Shown piece after piece: positions 1 through 8,020 of a DNA stretch of 64,000 nucleotides. Source of the DNA: an uncultured Candidatus Saccharibacteria bacterium. GTDB taxonomy: Bacteria > Patescibacteriota > Saccharimonadia > UBA4664 > CAZJNH01. Position 1 is the first letter of the stretch. Every line of letters starts with the position of its first letter. Below the pieces are notes generated by a model that did not search any database, was not told the origin of the DNA, and saw only the letters and a program-made list of their open reading frames with translations. The stretch is taken from positions 557 to 64,556 of the forward strand of contig CAYZIN010000004.1 in assembly GCA_964478595.1 (NCBI GenBank), written 5' to 3'. The position numbers and the translations under genes were made by a program.

Positions 1-1778
1 AAGGTCAGCGAGATCTTGTTTTTGTCCTTGTTGTCTAGCTGGTTGGTTTGGGTTTTAAGCTGCGACCAGTTATCGCCATTGGAATTGTAGCGAACGATGC
101 TAACCGTTTTGTATTTGCCGACCTTTTTTGCCTCCGGATAGGCCGCAACGTTAATCGGTTTTTTGAACGAGTTAAACTGGCTGCCGTCCTGGGTTTTGCA
201 CGCAAGTTGGTATGGGCCATACATTAGAAGCAGCGGCTTTAGTCCCTTGAGACTTTGGTTATTGTCCGAGTTAATCACAATCGAACAACTGGCGGCAGCG
301 TCTAGGGAGCCAACCGGTAAAGTGGCTCGAATAATTCCGTCGGGACTGGAGATTAGCGTACCTTCGGCGGTGGCCTTAAACTCACCGGTCGTGATATTGG
401 TTTTAGCGTATCCCGAAGCGTTACCGGAGTTATCAACCGCCTTCACGCGATAGAAATAAGCGGTCTTGTAGGCCGTGGTGGCATCGGTAAATTGGGCCGT
501 GGTTAAACTCGACGACAGTGTAACCCACTTGGTTTGATCCAGCGACCGTTCGATTTGGTAGCCCTTTAGCCCACTACCGCCGGTATCGGCCGACGCCGAC
601 CAGGACAACATTACAATCGATTTGTCCGCACCAAGAACAGCTTTGAAATTACCGGGGATACTCGGCGCCGTGGTGTCGTTAACATGAGTACCACCGCCGT
701 TATTTCTACCACCGCCATTGTTACCGCCTCCAGTCGGCGGCTTCGGGCAGGTGGAATTGTCGGTACCGGCACCGCAACCGTGGGGCGGGGGTGGCGGACA
801 GGTCGAATTATCGGTGCCCGGGCCACACCCATGGGGCGGAGGCGACGCAGTAACATTCACCGTCACACTTTTAGTAGCGCTATTACCTCCTGAATTGGTA
901 CAAAACAACGTGTAGGTTTTATTACCTAAAGTGCTGCCAACATTCACAGCCGTACCAGTACTTGAAGTCGGTTTCGATCCGGTCCACGAATTGCCGGCAG
1001 TACAGCTCGTAGGGCTGTTGGTGGCCGACCATCTAAATGTCACATTGGTGCTCTGCTGGGCGGAGGCCGAGCTGGAGTTATTGACGGTAAACGTCACCAC
1101 CGGTGCAGGCGGCAAAGTAGGCGCACTAACTTTTACTGTCCGGGTGGTTTCGAAATGCCAAATGTCGTTACCGCAGTACAGGTCAAAAGTATAAGTCCCG
1201 GCTACGTTTGAAGCGTGATGGTCTTCGTCGCCATTGGCTGGTTTGTTGCCAGACCAGTTTGTCGTTGGAGTCCTAACCGTACAGCTGTCGGTCGTTGAGC
1301 TGGTGCGCCAACTAAAGTGCATGATTTGGTTGGTCGTAGCATTGGCCGGAGTGCCGCCGTAGGTACAGTTACCGGCAACGCAAAAACTGGTGATATAAAC
1401 CTTGGCGGTTTCGCGGTTAATACTGGCCCAAGTTTGCGAGCCAACCACACCGTCGGGCGACAACCCGTGACCCCGCTGATAAGCAGCTACGGCGTTTTGA
1501 GTTTGAGAACCGAAGATGCCGTCTTGGGTCAGATTATTACTCGAATACATATCCAAATCCCACTGTAGATACTGGACACAGGCTCCAGAGCTGCCATTCT
1601 GGAGAGTCGGATAGTTTGTGCAGGTATAGGGATTCCCGTTATCGGTGTTAGCGAAAATAGATTTAGCGACGTAACCAACGGTAATCGCCAACGCCGCCAC
1701 CAACAGCAGATTTACAAAAGTAAAACGGCGACGAGTGCGCACCAGCTCTTTATGATGGGGATGATACTTGGCTGGCAT
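1..1778 (-). CDS. Large surface/secreted protein, 5' part only. The ORF runs off the window start. It has an N-terminal hydrophobic signal or anchor, a PG_binding_1-like peptidoglycan-binding domain, Ig-like modules, a duplicated Cys motif (PPPHGCGxGTDNSTCP, two copies) and an FN3-like domain.
   Basis: Manual minus-strand translation from the ATG at 1778..1776 stays open to position 3, with codon low-coordinates on multiples of 3. It is absent from the ORF track, presumably because no stop falls in the window. The peptidoglycan-binding motif reads CVQYLQWDLDMYSSNNLTQDGIFGSQTQNAVAAYQRGHGLSPDGVVGSQTW. The FN3-like stretch reads APSIPGNFKAVLGADKSIVMLSWSASADTGGSGLKGYQIER...YFYRVKAVDNSGN. The plus-strand ORFs 163..1568 are the antisense frames of this gene. 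Confidence 0.6.
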   Translation of the reverse strand, partial: MPAKYHPHHKELVRTRRRFTFVNLLLVAALAITVGYVAKSIFANTDNGNPYTCTNYPTLQNGSSGACVQYLQWDLDMYSSNNLTQDGIFGSQTQNAVAAYQRGHGLSPDGVVGSQTWASINRETAKVYITSFCVAGNCTYGGTPANATTNQIMHFSWRTSSTTDSCTVRTPTTNWSGNKPANGDEDHHASNVAGTYTFDLYCGNDIWHFETTRTVKVSAPTLPPAPVVTFTVNNSSSASAQQSTNVTFRWSATNSPTSCTAGNSWTGSKPTSSTGTAVNVGSTLGNKTYTLFCTNSGGNSATKSVTVNVTASPPPHGCGPGTDNSTCPPPPPHGCGAGTDNSTCPKPPTGGGNNGGGRNNGGGTHVNDTTAPSIPGNFKAVLGADKSIVMLSWSASADTGGSGLKGYQIERSLDQTKWVTLSSSLTTAQFTDATTAYKTAYFYRVKAVDNSGNASGYAKTNITTGEFKATAEGTLISSPDGIIRATLPVGSLDAAASCSIVINSDNNQSLKGLKPLLLMYGPYQLACKTQDGSQFNSFKKPINVAAYPEAKKVGKYKTVSIVRYNSNGDNWSQLKTQTNQLDNKDKNKISLT

Positions 1779-1824
1779 ATCGGGTTAACTATACCTTAAA
1801 AACCCTTATGGTTAAACAAAAAAA

Positions 1825-2640
1825 TTACTTGGTTCGTTTAGCCGCTTTGAGCCATCGCTCTTTGCGAGCTTGTTCCGCCTCATGCGCCAAGGCCTGCCCG
1901 AGGCTGCCGCGATAACGCCTGATCAGTTCGAAATCCCAAACCAACGCAATCAAAACAATAACGTATAGCCAGACACGCGAATCCAAATACGAAGCTTTTT
2001 CGTAAGCTGCAAACCCAAGTAGCAATCCAATCCACCCTATTACTTGAGTTTTCAGTAAAACTGCGCCGCTAACCTTAGCCGCAGCGGTCGATCCGCGATA
2101 TCTTTTCGACAATACCAATCGGTAGATCCAACCGCCTACCACTACCGCCGCGAATAGCCCGGCCAAAATAAATATTTCGGTTCGGTTTGGGCTGGCGCTT
2201 AAAAAGTGAAACTGCTTTTGCAGCCTGGTGGTATTAAATAACACCGCCATCACCAGACCCAATCCTATTCCGCCCACTACCTCAGTCGGTGTGTGACCTT
2301 TAAGATACCCCTTTGGTTCGGGCGGCAAATTCAAATGTCCGGTCAATTTCCGCAGTAAAATCGCATGTTCGCCGGCCATCCGCCGAACTCCCAAGGCGTC
2401 ATACATGACGATTCCAGCCAGTACCGCCGTCACGCCAAACTCCGGGCTCGTCGGCCCGTTTAAGATCAAAGCCACGGTTGTTAGCGAAGTTACGACCGCC
2501 GAATGAGCGCTGGGCATTCCGCCCGACACATACATCATCCGCCAATCGATATCACCCCTAATTGCTCGCACCATGAACTTCAGCACCTGCGCCACCAACC
2601 ACGCCGCAAACGGTACCACTAAATACAAACTACTCTTCAT
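1825..2640 (-). CDS. Divergent PAP2 / DUF212 (YuiD-like, acid phosphatase/vanadium haloperoxidase-related) membrane protein with an extra C-terminal multi-TM extension
   Basis: N-terminus MKSSLYLVVPFAAWLVAQVLKFMVRAIRGDIDW...GGMPSAHSAVV is typical of DUF212. Several hydrophobic segments follow. Confidence 0.6.
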   Translation of the reverse strand: MKSSLYLVVPFAAWLVAQVLKFMVRAIRGDIDWRMMYVSGGMPSAHSAVVTSLTTVALILNGPTSPEFGVTAVLAGIVMYDALGVRRMAGEHAILLRKLTGHLNLPPEPKGYLKGHTPTEVVGGIGLGLVMAVLFNTTRLQKQFHFLSASPNRTEIFILAGLFAAVVVGGWIYRLVLSKRYRGSTAAAKVSGAVLLKTQVIGWIGLLLGFAAYEKASYLDSRVWLYVIVLIALVWDFELIRRYRGSLGQALAHEAEQARKERWLKAAKRTK

Positions 2641-2785
2641 TGTCGTCTTCCATTCCGCAATCGATTTCAGCGTCGCACTTTGGGCAATACCAGGTACCTT
2701 CGTCGTCTTGCACCATCAAAGTTCCGCAGTTTTCACAAACCTTTGGTTCTTCTTCCGACTTCGGAGCTGGTTTTGGCTTGGCCAT
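2630..2785 (-). CDS. Small acidic zinc-ribbon protein (51 aa) with C-x2-C-x13-C-x2-C; not in the ORF track
   Basis: Manual translation gives MAKPKPAPKSEEEPKVCENCGTLMVQDDEGTWYCPKCDAEIDCGMEDDNEE. AAGGAG lies 4 nt upstream of the ATG (2785..2783). The stop overlaps the start of the DUF212 gene by 11 nt, suggesting an operon. Confidence 0.45.
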   Translation of the reverse strand: MAKPKPAPKSEEEPKVCENCGTLMVQDDEGTWYCPKCDAEIDCGMEDDNEE

Positions 2786-2821
2786 TATGCTCCTTAGAAT
2801 AATCTACCTTGCAGTCGGTGG

Positions 2822-5065
2822 CTAGTTCTTGTGAGCTCTAACTTTGCGTTCAATCCCTAGCAGCGCACCCGAACCGAGTAGTAGTAGCGCCATAACCCCA
2901 AACAACAGGCCGAGTTTGTTGGCAGCTTTTTTATTTGCGGAGATATTCGGCACATTACTAGCTGCTGCGATCGAGATGTTGCCGGATGACTGGTTGGTGT
3001 TGTTGGTTGTGACTTGAGCGGATCCCCCGCTCGGAGCTGGGTAGTAAATAGCGCTGGTCGAGGTCGGACCATTTGTGGTTGGAATCGTTCCCCCACCCAC
3101 TGCGGCGGCGTTGCCGGCTGCGGTGTCTTGGCCCACGCTCCCGAACCAGTTACCAAAGACGTTGACTACCAATACCCCGAACCAGTGTTTCAAGTTTAGG
3201 TGGCTGCCCAGAATGTTTACCACGTTTGCCGCCACGCCAGCATTACCGGAAGTTGCCGATCCAGCGTTGGTGTTTCGCGTGACTGAGGCGTCACCGGAGA
3301 TGGCACCGGCGTTGATGTTGTTGTTGATGGTGCTAGTTGGAGAGTAGTTAACGTCGAGGTTACCGTTGGTTGAGCTTGAGGCGTTGTTGGTCGAACCTGG
3401 ACCGGTACCATTATTAGAAACCGTTGTATTACCGCCAAGCAGACCAGATTGGCTTCCGCCAGTCGAAGGCAGGTTCAAGATCGCTCCCATCCAGTGACCA
3501 AGCACATTGACCAAAACCAGTACTGCGTTGTCGCCAACCACGCTTTCGTTGTCGAGATTATAGGTGTTGGTATTGGTCGTCGCATTACCGGTTGTGGCGG
3601 CGCCTGCAATAGTATTTTGGTCGACGTTCGCGTCGCCAGACTGAGCACCGGTTCGGAGATTGTTATTGAAGGTCGATTGCGAAGTGTCGGTTATGTTGCC
3701 CGTTAGGTTTGAGCTTGAGTTGGCGGTGTTGTTTGAACCGGCGCCTGTGTTGGTGTTAGAAGCCGTGGCTGAGGATCCGCCCCCCGTGCCGCTCGCTCCG
3801 CCATTGCCGCCGATTAGGCTGTCTAAAAAGCCAGCTGGGAATAAGATGTCGCCGTTAAGGTCGCCGAAGATATTCACCATGCCGAAGAACGAACCGCCGG
3901 CGCCGATGGCTGAATTGATCATGTTAACGAGATTTAGCTCGACTGCCGCATCACCGGTTTTGGCGTTGCCGGCGTTGGTGTTGGCGTCGATGTTGGCGTT
4001 GCCGGACTGAGCCAAAAGGTCGATATTGTTGGTGATACTGCCATTGGGCTGATAGTTGACCGTCAAATCTTTATTAGCATTGGTTTGGGCCGTGTTTTGT
4101 GAGTTCGGGCCAGTATTACTATTCGAATCGAGTACGCCGCTAAAGCAGAAGTAGCAACCAATTCCGCCGCCGCCGCTGCCCGACATGGTCGGGTTCAGCG
4201 TAACGTCCCCGGTGTGATTGCCGAAGATGTTATCAACGAAGTAAGCCAGTGTGCCGCTCCCCCAGGTCCAACCCGAGTTAATCAAGTTTAGGAAGTTGGA
4301 AACTACATTTGCCATACCGGTCGAGGCGTCGCCGGCGTTGGTGTTGTTGGTAACGTTAGCATCGCCGGTTGTGGAGGTCGAAGTTTGGCCGTTAGTTATG
4401 CTTGCCAGTGCCAAGATGTTAAACAGCGCACTGGCGTTGTTATTGAGTATCGCGTTGTTAACACTGTTGGGACCGGTGTTGGAGTTGGATGGGTCGATGC
4501 CGAGCAGGGCGGCCAGTTTGGCTTTGGTTGAATCGGATGAGGCACCGACTAACATTGGGTCGTTAGCGGCAATGCCTGTGGCTTGCCCGCCGACTCCGGC
4601 ACTGCCGGAAACTTCGGGGGCGTAGTTAACGTAATACCAGCCGCTGCGCGAATCGTAGCTGTAGTAAGGACTTAGCCAGTTGCCGCTGGCGCTATCCCAG
4701 TAGAAGCTGGCCTGATTGGTGGCCACCCAAGTGCCCGTCTTGGAATCGAAGGCGTAGGTCGGGATAGGGCCAGTCGGCTTAGTGGGGCCTGTAGGCTGAG
4801 TCGGCCCAGTAGTGGTTGTTGGCCCAGTCGTTGATGCTGGTTGCGTAGTAGTTGAAGGATCGGTCGGAGTAGTCGTCGACGGATCGGTTGCGGTTGTCGT
4901 TGAAGGATCGGTCGATTGGGTAGTTGAAGGATCTGGAGTGGTCGAGGATTGGGTCGTGTCGGTAGGAGTGGTGGTATCGTCGGCCAAAACTAAGGCTGGC
5001 ATTGCCAAGACACTCAGCATGACCGCGATAATGGTGCTAGATAAAATTTGCTTTAGCTTTTTCAT
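2822..5065 (-). CDS. Large secreted, anchored repeat protein (747 aa). It has a signal peptide, a Thr/Pro-rich mucin-like linker and about four ~70-aa Asn/Gly/Ser/Thr-rich repeat modules (SGDANVxxNTNAGxAxTG ... NVVN.LG..LNL..WFG..VVNVFGNWFG), then a C-terminal TM with an RK tail.
   Basis: Canonical signal peptide MKKLKQILSSTIIAVMLSVLAMPALVLA. The repeats are visible in the translation. C-terminus is KLGLLFGVMALLLLGSGALLGIERKVRAHKN. Antisense plus-strand ORFs (e.g. 4251..4625) are artefacts. Confidence 0.75.
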   Translation of the reverse strand: MKKLKQILSSTIIAVMLSVLAMPALVLADDTTTPTDTTQSSTTPDPSTTQSTDPSTTTATDPSTTTPTDPSTTTQPASTTGPTTTTGPTQPTGPTKPTGPIPTYAFDSKTGTWVATNQASFYWDSASGNWLSPYYSYDSRSGWYYVNYAPEVSGSAGVGGQATGIAANDPMLVGASSDSTKAKLAALLGIDPSNSNTGPNSVNNAILNNNASALFNILALASITNGQTSTSTTGDANVTNNTNAGDASTGMANVVSNFLNLINSGWTWGSGTLAYFVDNIFGNHTGDVTLNPTMSGSGGGGIGCYFCFSGVLDSNSNTGPNSQNTAQTNANKDLTVNYQPNGSITNNIDLLAQSGNANIDANTNAGNAKTGDAAVELNLVNMINSAIGAGGSFFGMVNIFGDLNGDILFPAGFLDSLIGGNGGASGTGGGSSATASNTNTGAGSNNTANSSSNLTGNITDTSQSTFNNNLRTGAQSGDANVDQNTIAGAATTGNATTNTNTYNLDNESVVGDNAVLVLVNVLGHWMGAILNLPSTGGSQSGLLGGNTTVSNNGTGPGSTNNASSSTNGNLDVNYSPTSTINNNINAGAISGDASVTRNTNAGSATSGNAGVAANVVNILGSHLNLKHWFGVLVVNVFGNWFGSVGQDTAAGNAAAVGGGTIPTTNGPTSTSAIYYPAPSGGSAQVTTNNTNQSSGNISIAAASNVPNISANKKAANKLGLLFGVMALLLLGSGALLGIERKVRAHKN

Positions 5066-5157
5066 TGTTTCCTACCCCTCGTTTAGTTGCTTCTGGATTA
5101 TTTCGGGATTGGGCCCGAAGGCCCGCTCCCTTAACACCGCTCAAGAACTAGAGTCAA

Positions 5158-5736
5158 CTAGAAGCTGACGGTAGTGGTCGAGTTGCTGGTGTTGTTTGCG
5201 CTACCAGTGGAAGCGCTGCCGGCGTTGGTGTTGTTGGTGACTGAAGCGTTGCCAGAAGTTGAGTTCTGGGTGTTGCTGTTGGTCACGTTAACATTCGCGG
5301 CGTTGGTGACGGTCAGAGTCTGGTCGTTGTTGAACGTCTCGTTGTTGTTCGAGTTCGCACCAGTTGTGCTGATCGTACCGTTGTTGTTGCTGCTAAAGAA
5401 GCCAGCCCAGTTCGTAGTACCTACACCAGCTCCGGACACGTTGGTCGAAGAGCTGTTGCTGTTGGTGGCTGATCCAGTAGTAGCGCTGCCGCCGTTGGTG
5501 TTAGAGTCAACGGTTGCAGTACCGGAGGTCGAGGTCTGGTTGTTAGTGTTAGAAACAGTGGCAGTCGGAACATTAGTAATGCTCGCGTTCTGCGTGTTAT
5601 TAACGGTCACCGTGTTAGTTGAAGTAGCACCGGTGTTCGAAATGGTTGCGCTGTTAGCAGCCGCCATTCCGATTCCAAGACCGACCGTAGCTAGAGCAAT
5701 CGCACTGTAGCGAAGTAAAGATGTTTTCATCCTCAC
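5158..5736 (-). CDS. Secreted Asn/Thr/Ser-rich repeat protein (192 aa). It shares a conserved ~70-aa N-terminal module (ISNTG..NT..V.N....I.N.P....V.NTN.Q.(T/A)TSG.A.V..NTN.GSA..G.A.N) with the genes at 6325..6954 and 39056..39886.
   Basis: Signal peptide MRMKTSLLRYSAIALATVGLGIGMAAA. Motif GNASVTNNTNAGSASTGSANN. No C-terminal anchor. Confidence 0.65.
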   Translation of the reverse strand: MRMKTSLLRYSAIALATVGLGIGMAAANSATISNTGATSTNTVTVNNTQNASITNVPTATVSNTNNQTSTSGTATVDSNTNGGSATTGSATNSNSSSTNVSGAGVGTTNWAGFFSSNNNGTISTTGANSNNNETFNNDQTLTVTNAANVNVTNSNTQNSTSGNASVTNNTNAGSASTGSANNTSNSTTTVSF

Positions 5737-5856
5737 ATTCTCCTTTCTTATTTATTTAGTTAATGTTTTTCGGGCTTGGCCCGCCCCGCATCTTTCTCTG
5801 CCAAGACGCCGGGTGGACCAAGTCCTGGAACATTTCACTTAAGTTGTTAATTCGCA

Positions 5857-6318
5857 CTAGTTCGAAACCGAGATACTGCCTTCACCGCTTTGGAACGCTG
5901 AAACACTATTGTCGTTGCGAACAAAGCTGAAGGTGCCTCCTCCGGTCGAGACGAAACTGTTGCTCGAGCCGGTTGAGGAGTTGGACTGAACCGTGATCGT
6001 AACCGATCCATCTGGGTGGCCGATCGTACTGGTCCCGCCTGACGTAAAGCTACTAGTGGAATTTCCACTCACGCTTACGCTAACTGCAGGCGTTTGGACC
6101 TGCGCTGGCGCTTGGCCATTTAGATCGATTCCCACTCCGTTGACCGTTACCTCCGGTTGCTCAGTTGTTAGAACCTGGCCAACCAAAACTTGGTCGGAGT
6201 TGGCACTAATGTCATGAGCAATCCTGGCCTGGCTAGCGACCGCGGCCGCCGCAAGAGCTGCGGCGACGGTCAGAGCCAGAGTCAGTTGGATTGGTTTTAC
6301 TTTGAAAGTACTCATCAT
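5857..6318 (-). CDS. Small secreted Ser/Thr/Gly-rich protein (153 aa)
   Basis: Ala-rich signal peptide LTLALTVAAALAAAAVASQA. Low-complexity S/T/G body. Sits inside the repeat-protein cluster. Confidence 0.5.
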   Translation of the reverse strand: MMSTFKVKPIQLTLALTVAAALAAAAVASQARIAHDISANSDQVLVGQVLTTEQPEVTVNGVGIDLNGQAPAQVQTPAVSVSVSGNSTSSFTSGGTSTIGHPDGSVTITVQSNSSTGSSNSFVSTGGGTFSFVRNDNSVSAFQSGEGSISVSN

Positions 6319-6324
6319 CCCTCC

Positions 6325-6954
6325 TTAGAGGCTGCGTTCCTTACGCACCGCGTAAACCGCGCTGCCAGCTGCCCCCAGCAAGCTCATTAGAGCCGCTGCG
6401 GCTAGCAATCCGGCGCTGAGTCCGCGTGTGTGGTTAACCGCTGCCAAATCTTGACTGCCGTTACCAAGCACTCGGCGCAAAGCCGAAACGTCGATGACTC
6501 CGGATGCACCAGTGGCCGGCAACATACCGCCGCCGACGCCACCAGCGCCGCCAGTAGTAGCTAGGGCCAATGCACCGCCGCCGACGCCACCCGAAAGACT
6601 TCCACCGCCTCCCGGTAAGCTGCCGCCGCCAAGTCCACCGCCAATACCGCTGCCGTTAATACTAGTCACAAAGCTGTTGTTGTTACTGGCTGACCCAGTT
6701 GAAGCACTTCCAGCGTTGGTGTTGTTGGTGACATTGGCGTCACCGCTAGTTGCAGTCTGGTCGTTGGTGTTGTCAACGGTCGTAGTTGGAGTATTAACAA
6801 TCGTTGAGGTCTGGTCGTTGCTAATCGTAGTTGTGTTGGTCGAACCTGAACCAGTGTTTGAAATACTGGCGCTGTTGTCGGCCAAAGCACTCATCGGAAC
6901 AGCACTCATAAGACCTGCAATCGCTATACTCGCTACTAATCGTTTTGCAATCAT
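6325..6954 (-). CDS. Secreted repeat-family protein (209 aa). It has a Gly-rich segment and a C-terminal LPATG ... ALRRVL ... TM ... RKERSL region.
   Basis: Signal peptide MIAKRLVASIAIAGLMSAVPMSALA. N-terminal module homologous to 5158..5736 and 39056..39886. The LPATG motif lies about 30 aa before the TM rather than directly before it. Confidence 0.65.
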   Translation of the reverse strand: MIAKRLVASIAIAGLMSAVPMSALADNSASISNTGSGSTNTTTISNDQTSTIVNTPTTTVDNTNDQTATSGDANVTNNTNAGSASTGSASNNNSFVTSINGSGIGGGLGGGSLPGGGGSLSGGVGGGALALATTGGAGGVGGGMLPATGASGVIDVSALRRVLGNGSQDLAAVNHTRGLSAGLLAAAALMSLLGAAGSAVYAVRKERSL

Positions 6955-7839
6955 TTACATCCACCTCCCTTCTTTCCCTATTAGTTGTTTGGTATCTGAC
7001 GCCACAATAAACACAGGCGCAGCCCCTTTGGGACCGGCCTGTATTTCCACGCGTGGTGTAGCAAAAGAAAGGAGAGAAGAACCCGAAGCGTCACTGCGAG
7101 GAGCGTGCTGGAAACCGCTGCGACGTAGGTATGTCATAAAGCTTGAAGTAATTAGGAGCAGGACCGCCAGCCAAGCAATGCTGCCCTGGCTAGGCAAAAC
7201 GTTCCGTAAAGCTGCGAGGCGCAGGGCCATGCCTCGGCCGAAACCGCCGCCTGAACCACTTGCAGCTGGGGCCACCGAACCGGTTGGACCAGTCGGTGCC
7301 GGCAAGCTTTTGTTATTGTCCTGAACCGGGGCAATAGGAGTCGGTTGATTAGCTGAATGATTTAGGGCGATTGGCGTCTGGGGGTTTTGGGTGGCCGGAA
7401 TAGCCAAGTTAACCACCCTGCCGTTGCCGTCGGTGTAGTTGGTTGGCGTGTTTGCAGATGAGGTCAAAGTAGTTGGAGAGCTTACGGCAGAATCCGCCGT
7501 AGATGCCGGAGCCGTAGTGGCTGACTCGCCCGTTGGCGATACCGGAGCTGACGAAGTTTTAACGTCTGAAACTGTGTTGGTTTGATCAGTAGTGGAGGTG
7601 TCCACCGACTGAGATGATTGCTGATCGTTTTCGACCTGAATAGTCGAACCGGAGTCGTTAGTAACCTGAACTTGGGAGGTCGATTTAGTTTCAACGGTTG
7701 AGCCGGGGTCGGTGTCAGCATGAGCTAGGCCGCGAACCATTAAGGTTGCGACTAAGACTGAGAGTGCAGTAACACCAAATTTGGCGAAACCTAGTTTTCT
7801 CAACACTTCCCTCAAATTAAAAATGTCTCCCCACCACAA
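6955..7839 (-). CDS. Ser/Thr-rich secreted or anchored protein (294 aa; start uncertain). Its C-terminal LPAPTG ... ALRNVL ... TM ... RRSG region resembles that of 6325..6954.
   Basis: Hydrophobic segment KFGVTALSVLVATLMVRGLAHA followed by an S/T/Q-rich body. C-terminal TM IAWLAVLLLITSSFMTYL plus RR. Confidence 0.5.
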   Translation of the reverse strand: MWWGDIFNLREVLRKLGFAKFGVTALSVLVATLMVRGLAHADTDPGSTVETKSTSQVQVTNDSGSTIQVENDQQSSQSVDTSTTDQTNTVSDVKTSSAPVSPTGESATTAPASTADSAVSSPTTLTSSANTPTNYTDGNGRVVNLAIPATQNPQTPIALNHSANQPTPIAPVQDNNKSLPAPTGPTGSVAPAASGSGGGFGRGMALRLAALRNVLPSQGSIAWLAVLLLITSSFMTYLRRSGFQHAPRSDASGSSLLSFATPRVEIQAGPKGAAPVFIVASDTKQLIGKEGRWM

Positions 7840-8020
7840 GTTCTTTCCCGATAGGTCGACAGAACGCTCACAACAATACTCTTAAGGCTGCTATTTATTC
7901 ATTGTGAATAATGCCTAAACATTTAGCGGAAGGCTGCGCCAATTTAGTCAGAAAGCAGCATAAGTTATTTGAATTTTGCATAAGCAAAATGACCAAGCAC
8001 TTTGCACAAAGCTTACGCTT

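Noticed and set aside
163-1568. Plus-strand ORFs 163..453, 684..893, 718..915, 931..1194, 1317..1568
   Set aside because: They are antisense frames of the long partial minus-strand surface-protein gene (1..1778). Composition is skewed (Gly/Pro/Val/Leu-rich) and they have no RBS.
5101-5800. GC hairpins at about 5111-5124 and 5771-5785 as terminators
   Set aside because: No U-tract on the relevant strand. Probably just structured intergenic sequence.
3014-7324. Plus-strand ORFs inside the repeat-protein genes (e.g. 3660..4010, 4251..4625, 5174..5710, 6494..7324 Pro-rich 276 aa)
   Set aside because: Antisense to Asn/Thr/Ser/Gly codon-rich genes, which yields Leu/Val/Pro/Glu-rich artefacts. The minus-strand genes have canonical signal peptides.
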